From the NCBI RefSeq assembly GCF_036971445.1, contig NC_091476.1, forward strand, positions 141,174,001 through 141,238,000: 64,000 nt of DNA, given 5' to 3'. Position 1 is the stretch's first letter. Each line of letters begins with the position of its first letter. A model generated the notes under the pieces. The model did not search any database, was not told where the DNA came from, and saw only the letters and a list, made by a program, of their open reading frames with translations. The stretch comes from Narcine bancroftii (lineage: Eukaryota). Below, in pieces: positions 51,827-64,000 of this stretch. Both the position numbers and the translations under genes were made by a program.

Positions 51827-51891
51827 CTGGTGCAATCGCCCACATTTCTGACGAACAGCGAGCTGTTGGGAGGACGAGCATACCGAGACAT
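51827..51891 (-). CDS. SRSF10: SRSF10 coding exon 1
   Basis: gccgccATG MSRYARPPNSSLFVRNVGDCT AG|gtgagg; total CDS 723 nt = 240 aa. Confidence 0.95.
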
Positions 51892-51959
51892 GGCGGCCGT
51901 GGCACCGAGCGAACGAGGCGGGCGGCAGCACAGAGGCCAGTGCGCAGGCGCACCCCAAC

Positions 51960-52180
51960 CGTCCCGCGGCAATGGAACCCACTAGAACGCGCGTCATCAC
52001 GCCGCTCCAACCAATGGGAGAGCGGCGGCTCGCCGCCATCTTGGTGCAGGCGGCGAAGGGCGCCGCCATTTGGCGAAGTTGAAAGGGAATCGGCTCGTAG
52101 GTGCTTCGGCTCTTCTGGCCTGACTCCTCGTGCATTTGAAGCCCACAACTTCCCGGGCCGCGAGGGAACGAGATCGGGGA
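51960..52180 (-). promoter_or_regulatory. SRSF10: SRSF10 CpG-island promoter
   Basis: CCAAT 52011-52015; two YY1-like CCGCCAT(C/T)TT motifs (~52033, ~52063); ZNF143-like cacaacttccc ~52144. Confidence 0.7.
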
Positions 52181-52300
52181 TCTTGGTAAAGTTCCAGCTA
52201 TCTGCGAAAATGTGCATTTCAGATTTCTTGTCAGAGGACAGACATGACATTACATACAACCCTGCGATTCCTTTCTCTTGCGGCAGAATTACCACTAATT

Positions 52301-52883
52301 CTTTCTTCTTTGGCTTGGCTTCGCGGACGAAGATTTATGGAGGGGTAAATGTCCACGTCAGCTGCAGGCTCGTTTGTGGCTGACAAGTCCGATGCAGGAC
52401 AGGCAGACACGATTGCAGCGGTTGCAGGGGAAAATTGGTTGGTTGGGGTTGGGTGTTGGGTTTTTCCTCCTTTGCCTTTTGTCAGTGAGGTGGGCTCTGC
52501 GGTCTTCTTCAAAGGAGGTTGCTGCCCGCCAAACTGTGAGGCGCCAAGATGCACGGTTGGAGGCAATATCAGCCCACTGGCGGTGGTCAATGTGGCAGGC
52601 ACCAAGAGATTTCTTTAGGCAGTCCTTGTACCTTTTCTTTGGTGCACCTCTGTCACGGTGGCCAGTGGAGAGCTCGCCATATAACACGATCTTGGGAAGG
52701 CGATGGTCCTCCATTCTGGAGACGTGACCCACCTAGCGCAGCTGGATCTTCAGCAGCGTGGACTCGATGCTGTCGGCCTCTGCCATCTCGAGTACTTCGA
52801 TGTTAGGGATGAAGTCGCTCCAATGAATGTTGAGGATGGAGCGGAGACAACGCTGGTGGAAGCGTTCTAGGAGCCGTAGATGA
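52301..52883 (-). mobile_element. RTE-clade LINE, 5'-truncated young copy
   Basis: Near-identical to 59820-61090; AAGAAAG tail at 52301. Confidence 0.92.
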
Positions 52884-53437
52884 TTAATTAATTAATTAAT
52901 AGTGCAAAAAGAACTACAGTGTCAACATATAAACAAATAAAAGAACTAAACAGATAACGAATGTAAACAAACTGACTGCCATACAGAGAACAATAAGAAA
53001 ATCCATAAAGTGCACAAGAAAGAGTCCTTAAATGAGTCCCTGATTGAGTTGGTGTTGAGGAGTCTGATGGTAGAGGGGTAGCAGCTGTTCCTGAACCTGG
53101 TGGTGTGAGTCTTGTATCACCTATACCTCTTGCCTGATGGCCGCCAGCAAGAACAGAGCTTGAGCCTGGCGGTGAGGGTCTCTGATGATTGCTGGTGTCC
53201 TCTGATGGCAGTGTTCCCCGTCAATGTTCTCGATCGTGGTGACGGTTTTGCCTGTGATGACCTTGGCTGTGTCCATTACCTTTTGGAGGGCTTTCAGCTC
53301 AGGGGTATTGGTGTTCCCATACCAGACTGTGATGCAGCTACACCTGTAGAAATTTGCCAAGGATTCTGATGTCATACCAAACCTCTGCGAACTCCTGAGG
53401 AAGTAGAGGTGCTGACGTGCTTTCTTCAAGATGCCTT

Positions 53438-54005
53438 TGTGAGAAACAGAAGTAACTTCACATAATTTCCTCGAGACAAAAATTGAGAACAAAGAACTTT
53501 TATTATACTATTACAACAATGCAAAGTTGGGTGCTTCCCCTTACCCTGGGAATACACACAGATACTGAGGCTGACCCAACTTTTATACATTTCATTTCAG
53601 TACAGAGATACCTTCCCCCTAACATTCTTCTGCCTCCTGGATTGGTTTAGCATTAGGTAATTCTGCCCACGTGGATTCTAACTTCTTATCAGTTTATGTG
53701 CCTTCCTGCAAACTTGTTAGCCAGGAAATATCATGTCTTTGTTCTTTACTCATTAATCAATCCCCAAGACTTGCTAAAGCTATCTACTTGCTATCATGTT
53801 TTGAAGATCCTTATTTTATTATACTTTTATAACCCTTCCTCCCATTCCAGCATCCCTTCACCCTGAGTTAACCCATAATACTTCATTTCTAATTAGCACT
53901 TGCTTGACTCCTCACATTCCAGTATTCCTTCACCTTAAGTTAACCCATAATATTTCATTTCTAATGAGCACTTGCTTGACTCCTCACATTCCAGTATCCC
54001 TTACA
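53438..54005 (-). mobile_element. Solo LTR, 568 bp, 4-bp TSD CCTT
   Basis: TGT...ACA termini; TATA (53581-53587) then AATAAA (~53499) on the minus strand; internal ~70-bp tandem duplication; host Rex sequence is continuous across it. Confidence 0.8.
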
Positions 54006-54959
54006 CCTTTGATGTGTTAGGTTTAGGAAGGATCGTCTGAGATAGTGACTCCCAAGAACTGAATTTACTCACCCTCTCCACCTCTGATTCCTCAATGTCC
54101 CCAATGATCACTGGATTGTATAACTCTGGATTTCCTGAAGTCAACAATCAGCTCCTTAGTTTTGGTGGCATTGAGTGCAAAGTTCTTGTTGGTGCACCAT
54201 TCAGCCAAATTTTCACTCTTCATCCTGTATGCTGACTCATTCCCTTTCTTTATACAACCCATTACCATGTTACCATCAGCATAAGTGTAGATAATGTTAA
54301 TGTCATACCAAGCCATAGTTGTAGGTGTAAAGTGAGTAGAGTAGGGGGCTAAGAACACAGCCCTGTGCTGCTCCAGTACTGATGGAGATCGTAGAGAAAA
54401 AGTTCTTACCAATTTTCACTGATGGTGGTCTGGAGGCGAGGAAATCCATGGTCCAATTACACAGTGGGGTGTTAACTCCCAGGTCTTGGAGTTTGTTGAT
54501 GAGTTTTGAGGCGATGATGGTGTTAAATGCCAAACTAATCGATAAAGAGCATCCTGATATATGCATCGTTGCTGTCCAGGTTTCCAGGGCTTTGTGTAGA
54601 TCCAGTGAAATGTCGTCTGCCGTAGATCTGTTACAGGTACTTCGATAGGCAAACTGGAATGTGTCCATGTCACTGTTCATACAGGAGCTTATATGCTTCA
54701 TCACCAGCCTTTCAAAACACTTCTTCGCTGTTGATGTAAGTGCTACTGCTTCATTGTCATTAAGGTAGGTAACTACACTCTTCTTGGGCACCGGTATGAT
54801 TGATACCTATTTGAAACAGGTGGGTACAATATCCTGCTGGAATGAGATATTGAAGATATCTGTGAATACATTAATAATTTGGTCAGCACAGATTTTTAAT
54901 ACTTGGCCAGATACTCCATCTGGACCAAGCACAATTCCAATGCTATCTACTCACTCTAT

Positions 54960-55989
54960 TGTAATGACTATAATATTTTGGGGAATTTGTAAGATTTAGG
55001 GTAGGTTACATACATACACACATTTTAAAACAGATCTTATTTGAAAGACTGTAGAAATACTGAAAATCTCTGGAGAATGTAAGCACCTTTCACAAGTAGG
55101 TGTTAATTGAACTGACGTCATAAAATGAATGGATTGGAGAGACACTCTGGCTGTTGGAAGCTCTTTTCAAGGGTTTTGACAGAGTGCACAGAAAGGTCAA
55201 TCCTGGGTTTTGTTTATCTAATAACAACAGATGGGAGCAGAAGAAAGAACTCATGTTGTTTGCTGGAGAAGGAGGGGGTTTTGCAAGTGAGTCACATGGC
55301 TTTCTGGAAGCCAGTTGGATAAAGAGGGAGGGAGAGAAGAGAAGCCCTCTCAGCTGGTGTGTGTGTGAGACACAGTGCAATCAAGGAAGACCTGATGAAA
55401 AATTCCAAAAGTAGTGGATGGCTGGGTGCTATCTGTCTGATGTTTCTCTTGGAATAAGAGGAACAGAAGGAACTCTGTTGAAACCTGAAAGAAAGAGGTT
55501 ACCATCTGGAAAACCCTGATGGGGCAAGTTTTCATCAGCGAGACCTTGAGGTGACTAATGGTGGTACCTCAGTTGTGGAAATCCTGGAACAACAAATCTC
55601 TCTGCAAATCCTACAAGAACCTTCCTGAGCGGTAAACATTTACCTTTCAAGCACCAAAGCCTGGTGAACTTTATACATGTTGAATTCTGTGCACAGTGTA
55701 AGAGTTGCCTACATCCAGAGAACTTGGAAGAAGGAAAAGTGAGATTGAACTGTGAATCAAATAACTTTTCTTGAATTTACACACACATTGCATGCACATG
55801 CACTTAGAATTAGAAGTGAGTTAATTTGGGTTAGTATAGAGTATAGTTAAGTATAAGTATAGAGTTAAGTTAAAGTTTGATTCTATTTTCATGTTTAAAG
55901 TTGATTTAAAATAACTTTTGTTTTGAAAATCACTTGTCTTGGTGAATATGTATTGCTGCTGGGTTTTGGGGTCCTTTGGGCTCGTAACA
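54960..55989. mobile_element. Solo LTR, 1030 bp, 4-bp TSD CTAT
   Basis: TGTAAT...GTAACA termini; CTAT at 54956-54959 and 55990-55993. Confidence 0.8.
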
Positions 55990-56810
55990 CTATACTCATG
56001 TCTGTGGCCAGGCACAATACCAATACTATATAAATTTGCTGATGACACCACAATTGTCAGCATAATCACAAACGGCAATGAGGAAGAGTACAGTCAACTT
56101 TAGAAAAACCAAGACGATGATTGTTGACTTCGGGAGGAAGTCAGGAGAATACTACCCAGTCCTCACTGAGGTCTCAATAGTGGAGAGGGTCAAGAACCTC
56201 AAATTCCTGGGTGTCGACATCTCAGAGGATTTGTTCTGGAGCCTCCATGTCGATGCAATCATCAAGAAGGATCACCAGCAGCTATACTTTGCGAGGTGTT
56301 TGAGGAGATTTGGTATGTCACAGAAGTCTCGAAAACTTCTACAGGGGTGGTGTGGGGAACATTCTACTGGTTGCATCACTCTGGTATGGAGGTGCTACCG
56401 CTCAGGGCAAGAAAAAAACTCCAGATGGTTGTTAGCTTGGACAGTGACATCACAGGCACCAGTCTTCACTCCATCGAGGACATCTACAAGTCACAGTATC
56501 TTTAGAAAGCAGTCTCTATCCTTCAAGGATCCCCCACCATGCAGGCCATGCCTTCTTCACTCTGCTAAAATCGGGAAAAAGGTACAGGAGCATTAAGACG
56601 AGCACTCAGTTGCACAAGGACAGCTTCTTCCCCTCTGCATCAAATTTCTGAATGATCAATGAACCAAAGACACTGCCTTACTTCGTCTTTCCGTGCACTA
56701 TTTTTAATTATTTTTGTACGGTGGTCTATATGAATATTCACACGTGATGCTGCTACAAAACAACAAATTTCATGACTTGTTTCTTGACATAAAATTATGA
56801 TTCTGATTCT
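55990..56810 (+). mobile_element. Rex1/Babar 3' fragment
   Basis: YKFADDTT, KTKTMIVDFGRK...KFLGVDISEDLFWS; (ttctga)n-like tail. Confidence 0.8.
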
Positions 56811-57224
56811 TTTTTAGATTTATTGTCAGGGTACATAATGACATCACATACAACTCTGAGATTCTTTTTCCTGCAGGCCAGGCATAATTGCCACTTATTG
56901 GTAGTGCAAAAAAAACTCTACACATTGTAATCATGTAAACAAATAAAGAAATGTGAATAAACTGACGGCAAGACAGAGAGAGAGAGAGAGAAGAAACATC
57001 AATAAAAATAAGAGTCCTTAAATGAGTCCCTGATTGAGTTTGATATTGAGGAGTCTAATGGTGCTGATAATGGAGGGGTTGCAGCTGTTTCTGAACCTGG
57101 TGGTGTGAGTCTTGTGGCACTTAGTCCTCTTTCCTGATGGTCGCAGTGAGAACAGAGCCTGTGCTGGTTGATGGGGATCCTTGTTGATTGCTGCTGCTCT
57201 CCGACGGCAGCATTCCCTGTAGAT

Positions 57225-58020
57225 CAGGGGTGTCAAACTCAAATTCACAGAGGGCCAAAATTAAAAACTTGGACTAAGTCGTGGGCCAAACTAAATATTT
57301 ATTGAATATTTTCAACAACATCTACATGTTTTCTCTTCTTTCAACATATGTAATGTTAAACGTTTTCTTATTAAAATAAATGTTTTATAATAGTTTTGGT
57401 TAAACTTTTTCCAGAAGAAGCATTAACAAATGAGAAATAAAATATTCAATAAATAATATTTCTCTATAGCCTTTAAGCTCCTTTTAAATGTTTTTTTTTC
57501 ACAAGCCAACAAGTCAAAAAAAATAACAACTTGCTTCAATGAAAATCCAATCTTTCAACTATGAACAGTCCAAAGTTAACCAAAGAAAATATTAATCCAA
57601 GCTTAGCTTGCTACACTGTGATTTACTCTGATGCACCTGGGTCTAAACCAGATACTTGGCATCTCTTCTTAGATGCAAGTTCATCAAACTCTGGGATCAG
57701 AGTTTTCCTCCCACCTGTGTTGAAAGGTCCTGTTTTCTGTCTTTGGTTTGGCCATTTTTCGTAAGGGGTTTATTACATGTGAGTTGGGCGACAGGTCGCA
57801 GATGCTAATGAAAGTAAAGAGAGGAGGTGGGGGCGATTAGCGGGCTGACGGCAACGCATTTGCAAAGCATTCTGGGATTTGTAGTATTAGCTGTGTGTGT
57901 GCTATACTGGCGCAGCAGCCAGCGGGCCAGCTCTAATACATATTTGATATGATCTTGCGGGCCAAATATAATTATATCATGGGCCAAATTTGGCCTGCGG
58001 GCCTGAGTTTGACATGTGTG
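57225..58020. mobile_element. hAT non-autonomous DNA transposon, 796 bp
   Basis: TIRs caggggtgtcaaactca / tgagtttgacatgtgtg; perfect 8-bp TSD CTGTAGAT (57217-57224, 58021-58028). Confidence 0.88.
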
Positions 58021-58162
58021 CTGTAGATGTTCTCGATGGTGAGAAGGGGTGCCTGTGATATCCTGAGCTGTGTCCACTATCTTTTGCAGGGTTTTACCCT
58101 CAGGGTATTGATGACCCCAAACCAGTCCATGATGTAGCTGGTCAGCACACTTTCTATCACAT

Positions 58163-58402
58163 TGTAGAGCTCGTCGAAAGAATCAAAGACTTGTTGATCC
58201 AAACCAAGGCTTTTATTAGCAAAAGACAGGAGCTCTTCACAGGTGGCCGACCAGTCCGGAATGATCCGACCTGGCTAGGGACACAACCCTTTAAGGCCCA
58301 GACAGTAGGCGTGGCTAAGCTCTCGGCCAATCGCTGTAAGCACAGTCTAGATACTGTAACTATATACATTATATACATTGGTGATAGATCTGTACTATCA
58401 CA
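58163..58402 (-). mobile_element. Short solo LTR, 240 bp, 5-bp TSD CACAT
   Basis: TGT...ACA termini; TSD at 58158-58162 and 58403-58407; AATAAA on the minus strand ~58212. Confidence 0.75.
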
Positions 58403-59819
58403 CACATATCTGTAGAAATTTGCCAGGGTTTCTGATGTCATACCAAACCTTCACAAACTCCTGAGGAAGTAGCGGTGCTGACATACTTTCTTCACAATGC
58501 CATTTATGCGTTGTGTCCAGGAAAAATCCTCTGAGAACTCAATTTTGCTCACCTTCTCCGTCTCTGATCCCCCAATGATCACTGGATCGTAGACCTCTGG
58601 TTTTCCCTTCCTGGAGCCAACAATCAGCTCTTTGATTTTGGTGACATTGAATGTGAGGTTGTTGTTAGTGCCCCATTCAGCCAAGTTTTTGATCTCCCTC
58701 CTGGGTGCTGTCTCATCACTCATTTTTATACAGCCCACAACCATATTATCAGACATTACTTCCTGACAAACATTTGAACATCCATAGAGTATTTACCATG
58801 TAAATATCTATAGAGCATTTACCAATGCCAGAACATCTCAAAGCCACTTTCAACCAGGGAGATATTTCTCGAAGCATTGCCTTAATGTGTGGATAGAGCA
58901 GCCATTTTATGGACAGCAAGATGTCACAACCTATTGGATCTGTTCCAACAATGTAGCCTAGAGATGCTAATCTTAAGGTTTTGTAGCTGCCTGAAGTTTA
59001 AGATGGGAATCCTTTACGAGTTTGAAAGACCTTTTCAATTGTCTTTTTCAATTGCCTTCTACCCCCTGCTTTCTTATACACTGCTATTCTAAGACATGCC
59101 TTTACGAATCTAAGGCTTTATCTCTGATCTTAACTAGATTCTGCCATGTCTCAAATTCAGAATCACTGTTTATTGTCACATTATACCTGGTACAGTGAGA
59201 AAGGTTAAAACACGAAAGTCTGCAGACACTATGGTTGAAGTAAAAACTCAATTCTGGAGAAACTCAACAGGTCAAACTTTTTAATATAGCAAAGATAAAT
59301 ATACATAACCGATGTTTAGGGCTGAGCCTTCTATCAAGGTATGAGCAAAATGTAGACAGGAATCTACATTTGTAGGAAGGGTCCATAATGATTTTGCGTG
59401 CCCTCTTCAGACAACGATCCCAGTAGATAACATCATTGCCAAGGAGAGAGACTCCTCTCTGCCACTTTTATGGCCCTGTAGATTCTAAATTACTGGGATA
59501 ACCTATTGGTGAGATTCTTTCACAGTGTCAGAGTATTCTGTGTACACTTACAATTGGTTTCCTTTTTGATCATTGCAATTATTCATCATCGGAGTTTAAG
59601 AGGCTATTAATTTTGTACAGTACTGTATACTTATACATTACCATTTATTTAGGGAAGCAAGCGTAACAATTTCTCTGACTGTTCACTTATTTCTCATCTT
59701 ATCAGCAATTTTACTTGATGCATATCAGCAGATTAAAGTGAACTCTAAATGTTATTTTATAATTTTCAGAAAAATCCTGTTTACTTTTGGAAAAACTCAA
59801 GGATGGCAATTAATTATAA

Positions 59820-61090
59820 TGTATCCAACTGCACGAAAACCAACAAGGTCGGGTCAGATACAGCAATGAGCTCTCTGAACCCTTCTCCATTAACAATGGC
59901 GTGAAGCAAGGCTGTGTTCTCGCACCAACCCTCTTTTCAATCTTCTTCAGCATGATGCTGAACCAAGCCATGAAAGACCTCAACAATGAAGACACTGTTT
60001 ACATCCGGTACCGCACGGATGGCAGTCTCTTCAATCTGAGGCGCCTGCAAGCTCACACCAAGACACAAGAGAAACTTGTCCGTGAACTACTCTTTGCAGA
60101 CGATGCCGCTTTAGTTGCCCATTCAGAGCCAGCTCTTCAGCGCTTGACGTCCTGTTTTGCGGAAACTGCCAAAATATTTGGCCTGGAAGTCAGCCTGAAG
60201 AAAACTGAGGTCCTCCATCAGCCAGCTCCCCACCATGACTACCAGCCCCCCCACATCTCCATCGGGCACACAAAACTCAAAACGGTCAACCAGTTTACCT
60301 ATCTTGGCTGCACCATTTCATCAGATGCAAGGATCGACAACGAGATAGACAACAGACTCGCCAAGGCAAATAGCGCCTTTGGAAGACTACACAAAAGAGT
60401 CTGGAAAAACAACCAACTGAAAAACCTCACAAAGATAAGCGTATACAGAGCCGTTGTCATACCCACACTCCTGTTCGGCTCCGAATCATGGGTCCTCTAC
60501 CGGCATCACCTATGGCTTCTAGAACGCTTCCACCAGCGTTGTCTCCGCTCCATCCTCAACATTCATTGGAGCGCCTTCATCCCTAACATCGAAGTACTCG
60601 AGATGGCAGAGGCCGACAGCATCGAGTCCACGCTGCTTAAGATCCTGCTGCGCTGGATGGGTCACGTCTCCAGAATGGAGGACCATCGCCTTCCCAAGAT
60701 CGTGTTATATGGCGAGCTCTCCACTGGCCACCGTGACAGAGGTGCACCAAAGAAAAGGTACAAGGACTGCCTAAAGAAATCTCTTGGTGCCTGCCACATT
60801 GACCACCGCCAGTGGGTTGATATCGCCTCAAACCGTGCATCTTGGCGCCTCACAGTTTGGCGGGCAGCAATCTCCTTTGAAGAAGACCGCAGAGCCCACC
60901 TCACTGACAAAAGGCAAAGGAGGAAAAACCCAACACCCAACCCCAACCAACCAATTTTACCCTGCAACCGCTGCAACCGTGTCTGCCTGTCCCGCATCGG
61001 ACTTGTCAGCCACCAACGAGCCTGCAGCTGACGTGGACATTTTACCCCCTCCATAAATCTTCGTCCGTGAAGCCAAGCCAAAGAAAGAAG
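59820..61090 (+). mobile_element. RTE-clade LINE, longest copy, open RT C-terminal ORF (376 aa)
   Basis: GVKQGCVLAPTLF...LLFADD...FTYLG...C-terminal CxxC/H motif; AAAG tail. Confidence 0.95.
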
Positions 61091-61854
61091 CACAACATGG
61101 TAACTTTTAAAAACTGCATTGAGGATGAATGAGTGAATGGTAGAATTACTTTGTTTATTCTGCTAACCTTTTAATGAAAATCGTTACACCACAAAAGTTA
61201 TGGAAACAAAGATTATAATGTAATTTTTATTGAATAAAGATATTATTCCCCATTTTTCCTTCAATTTCCTCAAAACGTACCGGGACCGTAGGTTAATTGG
61301 GTGTAATTGGGCGGTGTATCATGCTCTATGTCTAAATTTAAATTTAAACATTTAAGATGATTGGCAATAGTAAAATGCACAATGTAAAGAAAATGTAGAT
61401 ATGATTCATGAGTCAAAGAACTAGATGGTGAACTTTCTCTGACAGTTCAGTTGCGTGCTAAATGGCCTTCCCTCTTATACAGTATGTTATGTATCAGATT
61501 GTAAAATTGTTTCCAAACGCTAGTTACTGCAGGGGTTCCTTGTGACTGCATCATGGCTTCAGCTGCTTTGTGAACTACCTGCATCATATGGTCAAAATGG
61601 GGATGTTTGCTGATGAATTCATTATATTCAATTCCATTTGCTGATAAGTGACAATGAACTTCACGCCACAAAGATGCCAGCCATTGATAATGTTAGACAT
61701 GCTGAGATGGACAGTCTAGTTGACATTCCCAACTGAATGTAAGAACATAACTGCATTCTTTATCAATTATTGCAGCTTCCTCTTACTCCTTGAAGCACCT
61801 TCTAAACGATATTCCCCCATACATTCTATGCTGATAATTGCAGCTTCCCGTCAT

Positions 61855-62270
61855 TCCATATAACCATAAAACAATAACAGCACCGAAACAGGCTCCTTCA
61901 ACCCTTCTAGTCTATTCCAAACTATTTTACTGTTTAGTCCCACTGACCTGCACCCAGTCCATACCCCTCCATACCTTTCCCATCCAAGAAACTTCCAAAT
62001 TCTTCTTAAATGTTAAAATTGACCCTATATTCACCACTTCAGCTGGCAGCTCATTCTACACTCCCACCCACCACTCTCTGAGTGAATAAGTTCCCCCTCA
62101 TGATTCCCCTAAATTTTTCCCCTTTCACTCATAACCCGTGTCTTCTGGTTTGTATCTCACCTACCCTCATTGGAAAAAGCCTATCTACATTTACTCTGTC
62201 TATCTCCCTATGCACCAGGGAATAAAGTCCTAACCTGTTTTACCTTTCCCTGTTGATCAGTTCCTGTATC
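61855..62270 (-). mobile_element. CR1 3' fragment
   Basis: Reverse complement of the CR1 3' end seen at 780-1180; similar copy at 39295-39630. Confidence 0.75.
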
Positions 62271-62379
62271 CCCTCCCAATGTTGGAAAAGTGTTGCCCCA
62301 TCCAAACCTTCTTTCCCACCTGATACTTACTATCTTCCCTTCTGATACGCATTATCAATGTCTCCAAAGGCTGAGTTTT

Positions 62380-63960
62380 TAAAAAATTTTTTTAAATTAT
62401 CATACTGTGAACCATATTAACCAAAATATGTACAAACGTATCTCATTAAATTTACACAGTGACCTTTTCTCTCTTTTCCCCCTTTCCCTCCCTCCCCTCT
62501 ACCCACCCCCCTCCAAAACCCATAAATATTCAATATATACAATACAATAAAACCATAAAACATTATTTTCACACAAACGAAAATAAACAAGAAAAAAAGC
62601 ATCATCTATTTATTACACACTGAATCTAGTCATTTTGTCTTCTTATCATTATCATTCTCATTTTAGGGGATGGAGGTCGTAGGCAAGCGCACTCTGATAT
62701 GTTCCATGTATGGTTCCCAAATTTGTTTAAACATTGTGACTTTATTTTTTAAATTATATCTTATTTTTTTCCAATGGAATACATTTATTCATTTCCATGT
62801 ACCATTGCTGTATACTCATGCTCTCTTCCATTTTCCAAGTTGACATTATACATTTTTTGGTATAAAAGCTATCATAATGTATTTCTTTGCACTTTATCCA
62901 ATTTGAGGCCTAATTCTCTACTTTTTATGTAACTTAAAAGAAATATCTCTGGTTTGTGCAGCTCTATAATAATTTCTAAAATTTGGTAACTGTAAACCAC
63001 CTTGATTATTCTTTGGCTTGGCTTCGCGGATGAAGATTTATGGAGGGGGTAAAAGTCCACGTCAGCTGCAGGCTCGTTTGTGGCTGACAAGTCCGATGCG
63101 GGACAGGCAGACACGGTTGCAGCGGCTGCAGGGGAAAATTGGTTGGTTGGGGTTGGGTGTTGGGTTTTTCCTCCTTTGCCTTTTGTCAGTGAGGTGGGCT
63201 CTGCGGTCTTCTTCAAAGGAGGTTGCTGCCCGCCAAACTGTGAGGCGCCAAGATGCACGGTTTGAGGCGATATCAGCCCACTGGCGGTGGTCAATGTGGC
63301 AGGCACCAAGAGATTTCTTTAGGCAGTCCTTGTACCTTTTCTTTGGTGCACCTCTGTCACGGTGGCCAGTGGAGAGCTCGCCATATAACACGATCTTGGG
63401 AAGGCGATGGTCCTCCATTCTGGAGACGTGACCCACCCAGCGCAGCTGGATCTTCAGCAGCGTGGACTCGATGCTGTCGACCTCTGCCATCTCGAGTACT
63501 TTGACGTTAGGGATGAAAGCGCTCCAATGGATGTTGAGGATGGAGCAGAGACAACGCTGGTGGAAGCGTTCTAGGAGCCGTAGGTGATGCCGGTAGAGGA
63601 CCCATGATTCGGAGCCGAACAGGAGTGTGGATATGACTTGATTATACCTCTCTGCTAATTTATCTATCGCTACCCTTGGATTCCTCCCTTTCCACAAAAA
63701 TTTCCTTATTATTCTCTTTAGTTCCTTAAAGAATTTTTCTGTTAAGGGATTTGGTAATATTTGAAATAAGTATTGTATCCTTGGGAACACGTTCATTTTA
63801 ATGCAGTTTACCCTCCCTATCAATGTTAGCGGTAATTCTTTCCAATGTTCTAAGTATTCCTGCAATTTCTTTATTAGTGGCTGAAAATTTAGTTTGCACA
63901 AGTGACTTAAGTTATTATCTAACCTGATCCCTAGGTATCGGATTGCTTGTGCTTGCCATT
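62380..63960 (-). mobile_element. L1-clade LINE 3' part, interrupted by an RTE
   Basis: IRYLGI...WKELPLTLIGRVNCIKMNVFPRIQYLFQ...FLWKG...YNQ|GGLQLPNF; 3' UTR ~62380-62600. Confidence 0.85.
63010..63636 (-). mobile_element. RTE-clade LINE, 5'-truncated young copy, 9-bp TSD
   Basis: TSD CTTGATTAT at 63001-63009 and 63637-63645; near-identical to the other RTE copies. Confidence 0.93.
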
Positions 63961-64000
63961 AAAAAAAAATTCTGTATAGTCTGTGTTACTCATTGGCATC

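Larger units (their letters stand above)
52216..54930 (-). mobile_element. Rex1/Babar LINE, interrupted by an RTE and a solo LTR
   Basis: VALTSTAKKCFERLV...FQFAYR...GAAQGCVLSPLLYSLYT, KKARQHLYFLRS, IIRDPH in minus-strand ORFs; 3' tail at ~52216. Confidence 0.85.
56812..58755 (-). mobile_element. Rex1/Babar 3' fragment, interrupted by a hAT MITE and a short LTR
   Basis: NNLTFNVTKIKELIV, KDPHQPAQALFSLRPSGKR in minus-strand ORFs. Confidence 0.8.

Noticed and set aside
51320-52383. Long ORFs on both strands at the SRSF10 5' end
   Set aside because: CpG-island artefacts; the true coding part is the 65-nt exon 51891-51827
63062-63901. 279-aa chimeric ORF
   Set aside because: In-frame L1/RTE junction created by the insertion (TSD visible); no start or promoter support

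Overview
Eukaryotic, vertebrate genomic DNA. The repeat repertoire (CR1, Rex1/Babar, Penelope, RTE, L1, tRNA-SINE, hAT/Tc1 MITEs) suggests a cartilaginous fish; this is an inference. Three complete spliced genes can be assembled by hand. ZBTB8OS/archease (+) has 7 coding exons, 1610-19043, 162 aa. PNRC2 (+) has two putative non-coding exons in a CpG island at ~25.6-26.0 kb and one coding exon at 33639-34079. SRSF10 (-) has 6 coding exons, 51891-36588, 240 aa, and lies tail-to-tail with PNRC2. A probable short first exon of a fourth, divergent gene lies at 1457-1436. Highlights: (1) SRSF10 intron 2 is a U12 minor intron whose frame-preserving ends read AT...AT rather than AT...AC, and it contains a U2-type stop-containing cassette with GA-rich and 5x GTCAAG motifs. 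(2) PNRC2 has a spliced uORF whose stop depends on which of two acceptors is used. (3) Poly(A) signals on opposite strands overlap between the convergent 3' UTRs. (4) There is a four-level nested LINE stack that includes an L1 fragment lacking both ends. (5) Four near-identical young RTE copies are present. (6) A decayed CsRn1-like Gypsy element and three TSD-bounded solo LTRs are present. Most of the ORF track is noise or transposon debris. No prokaryote-type systems such as CRISPR arrays were seen.
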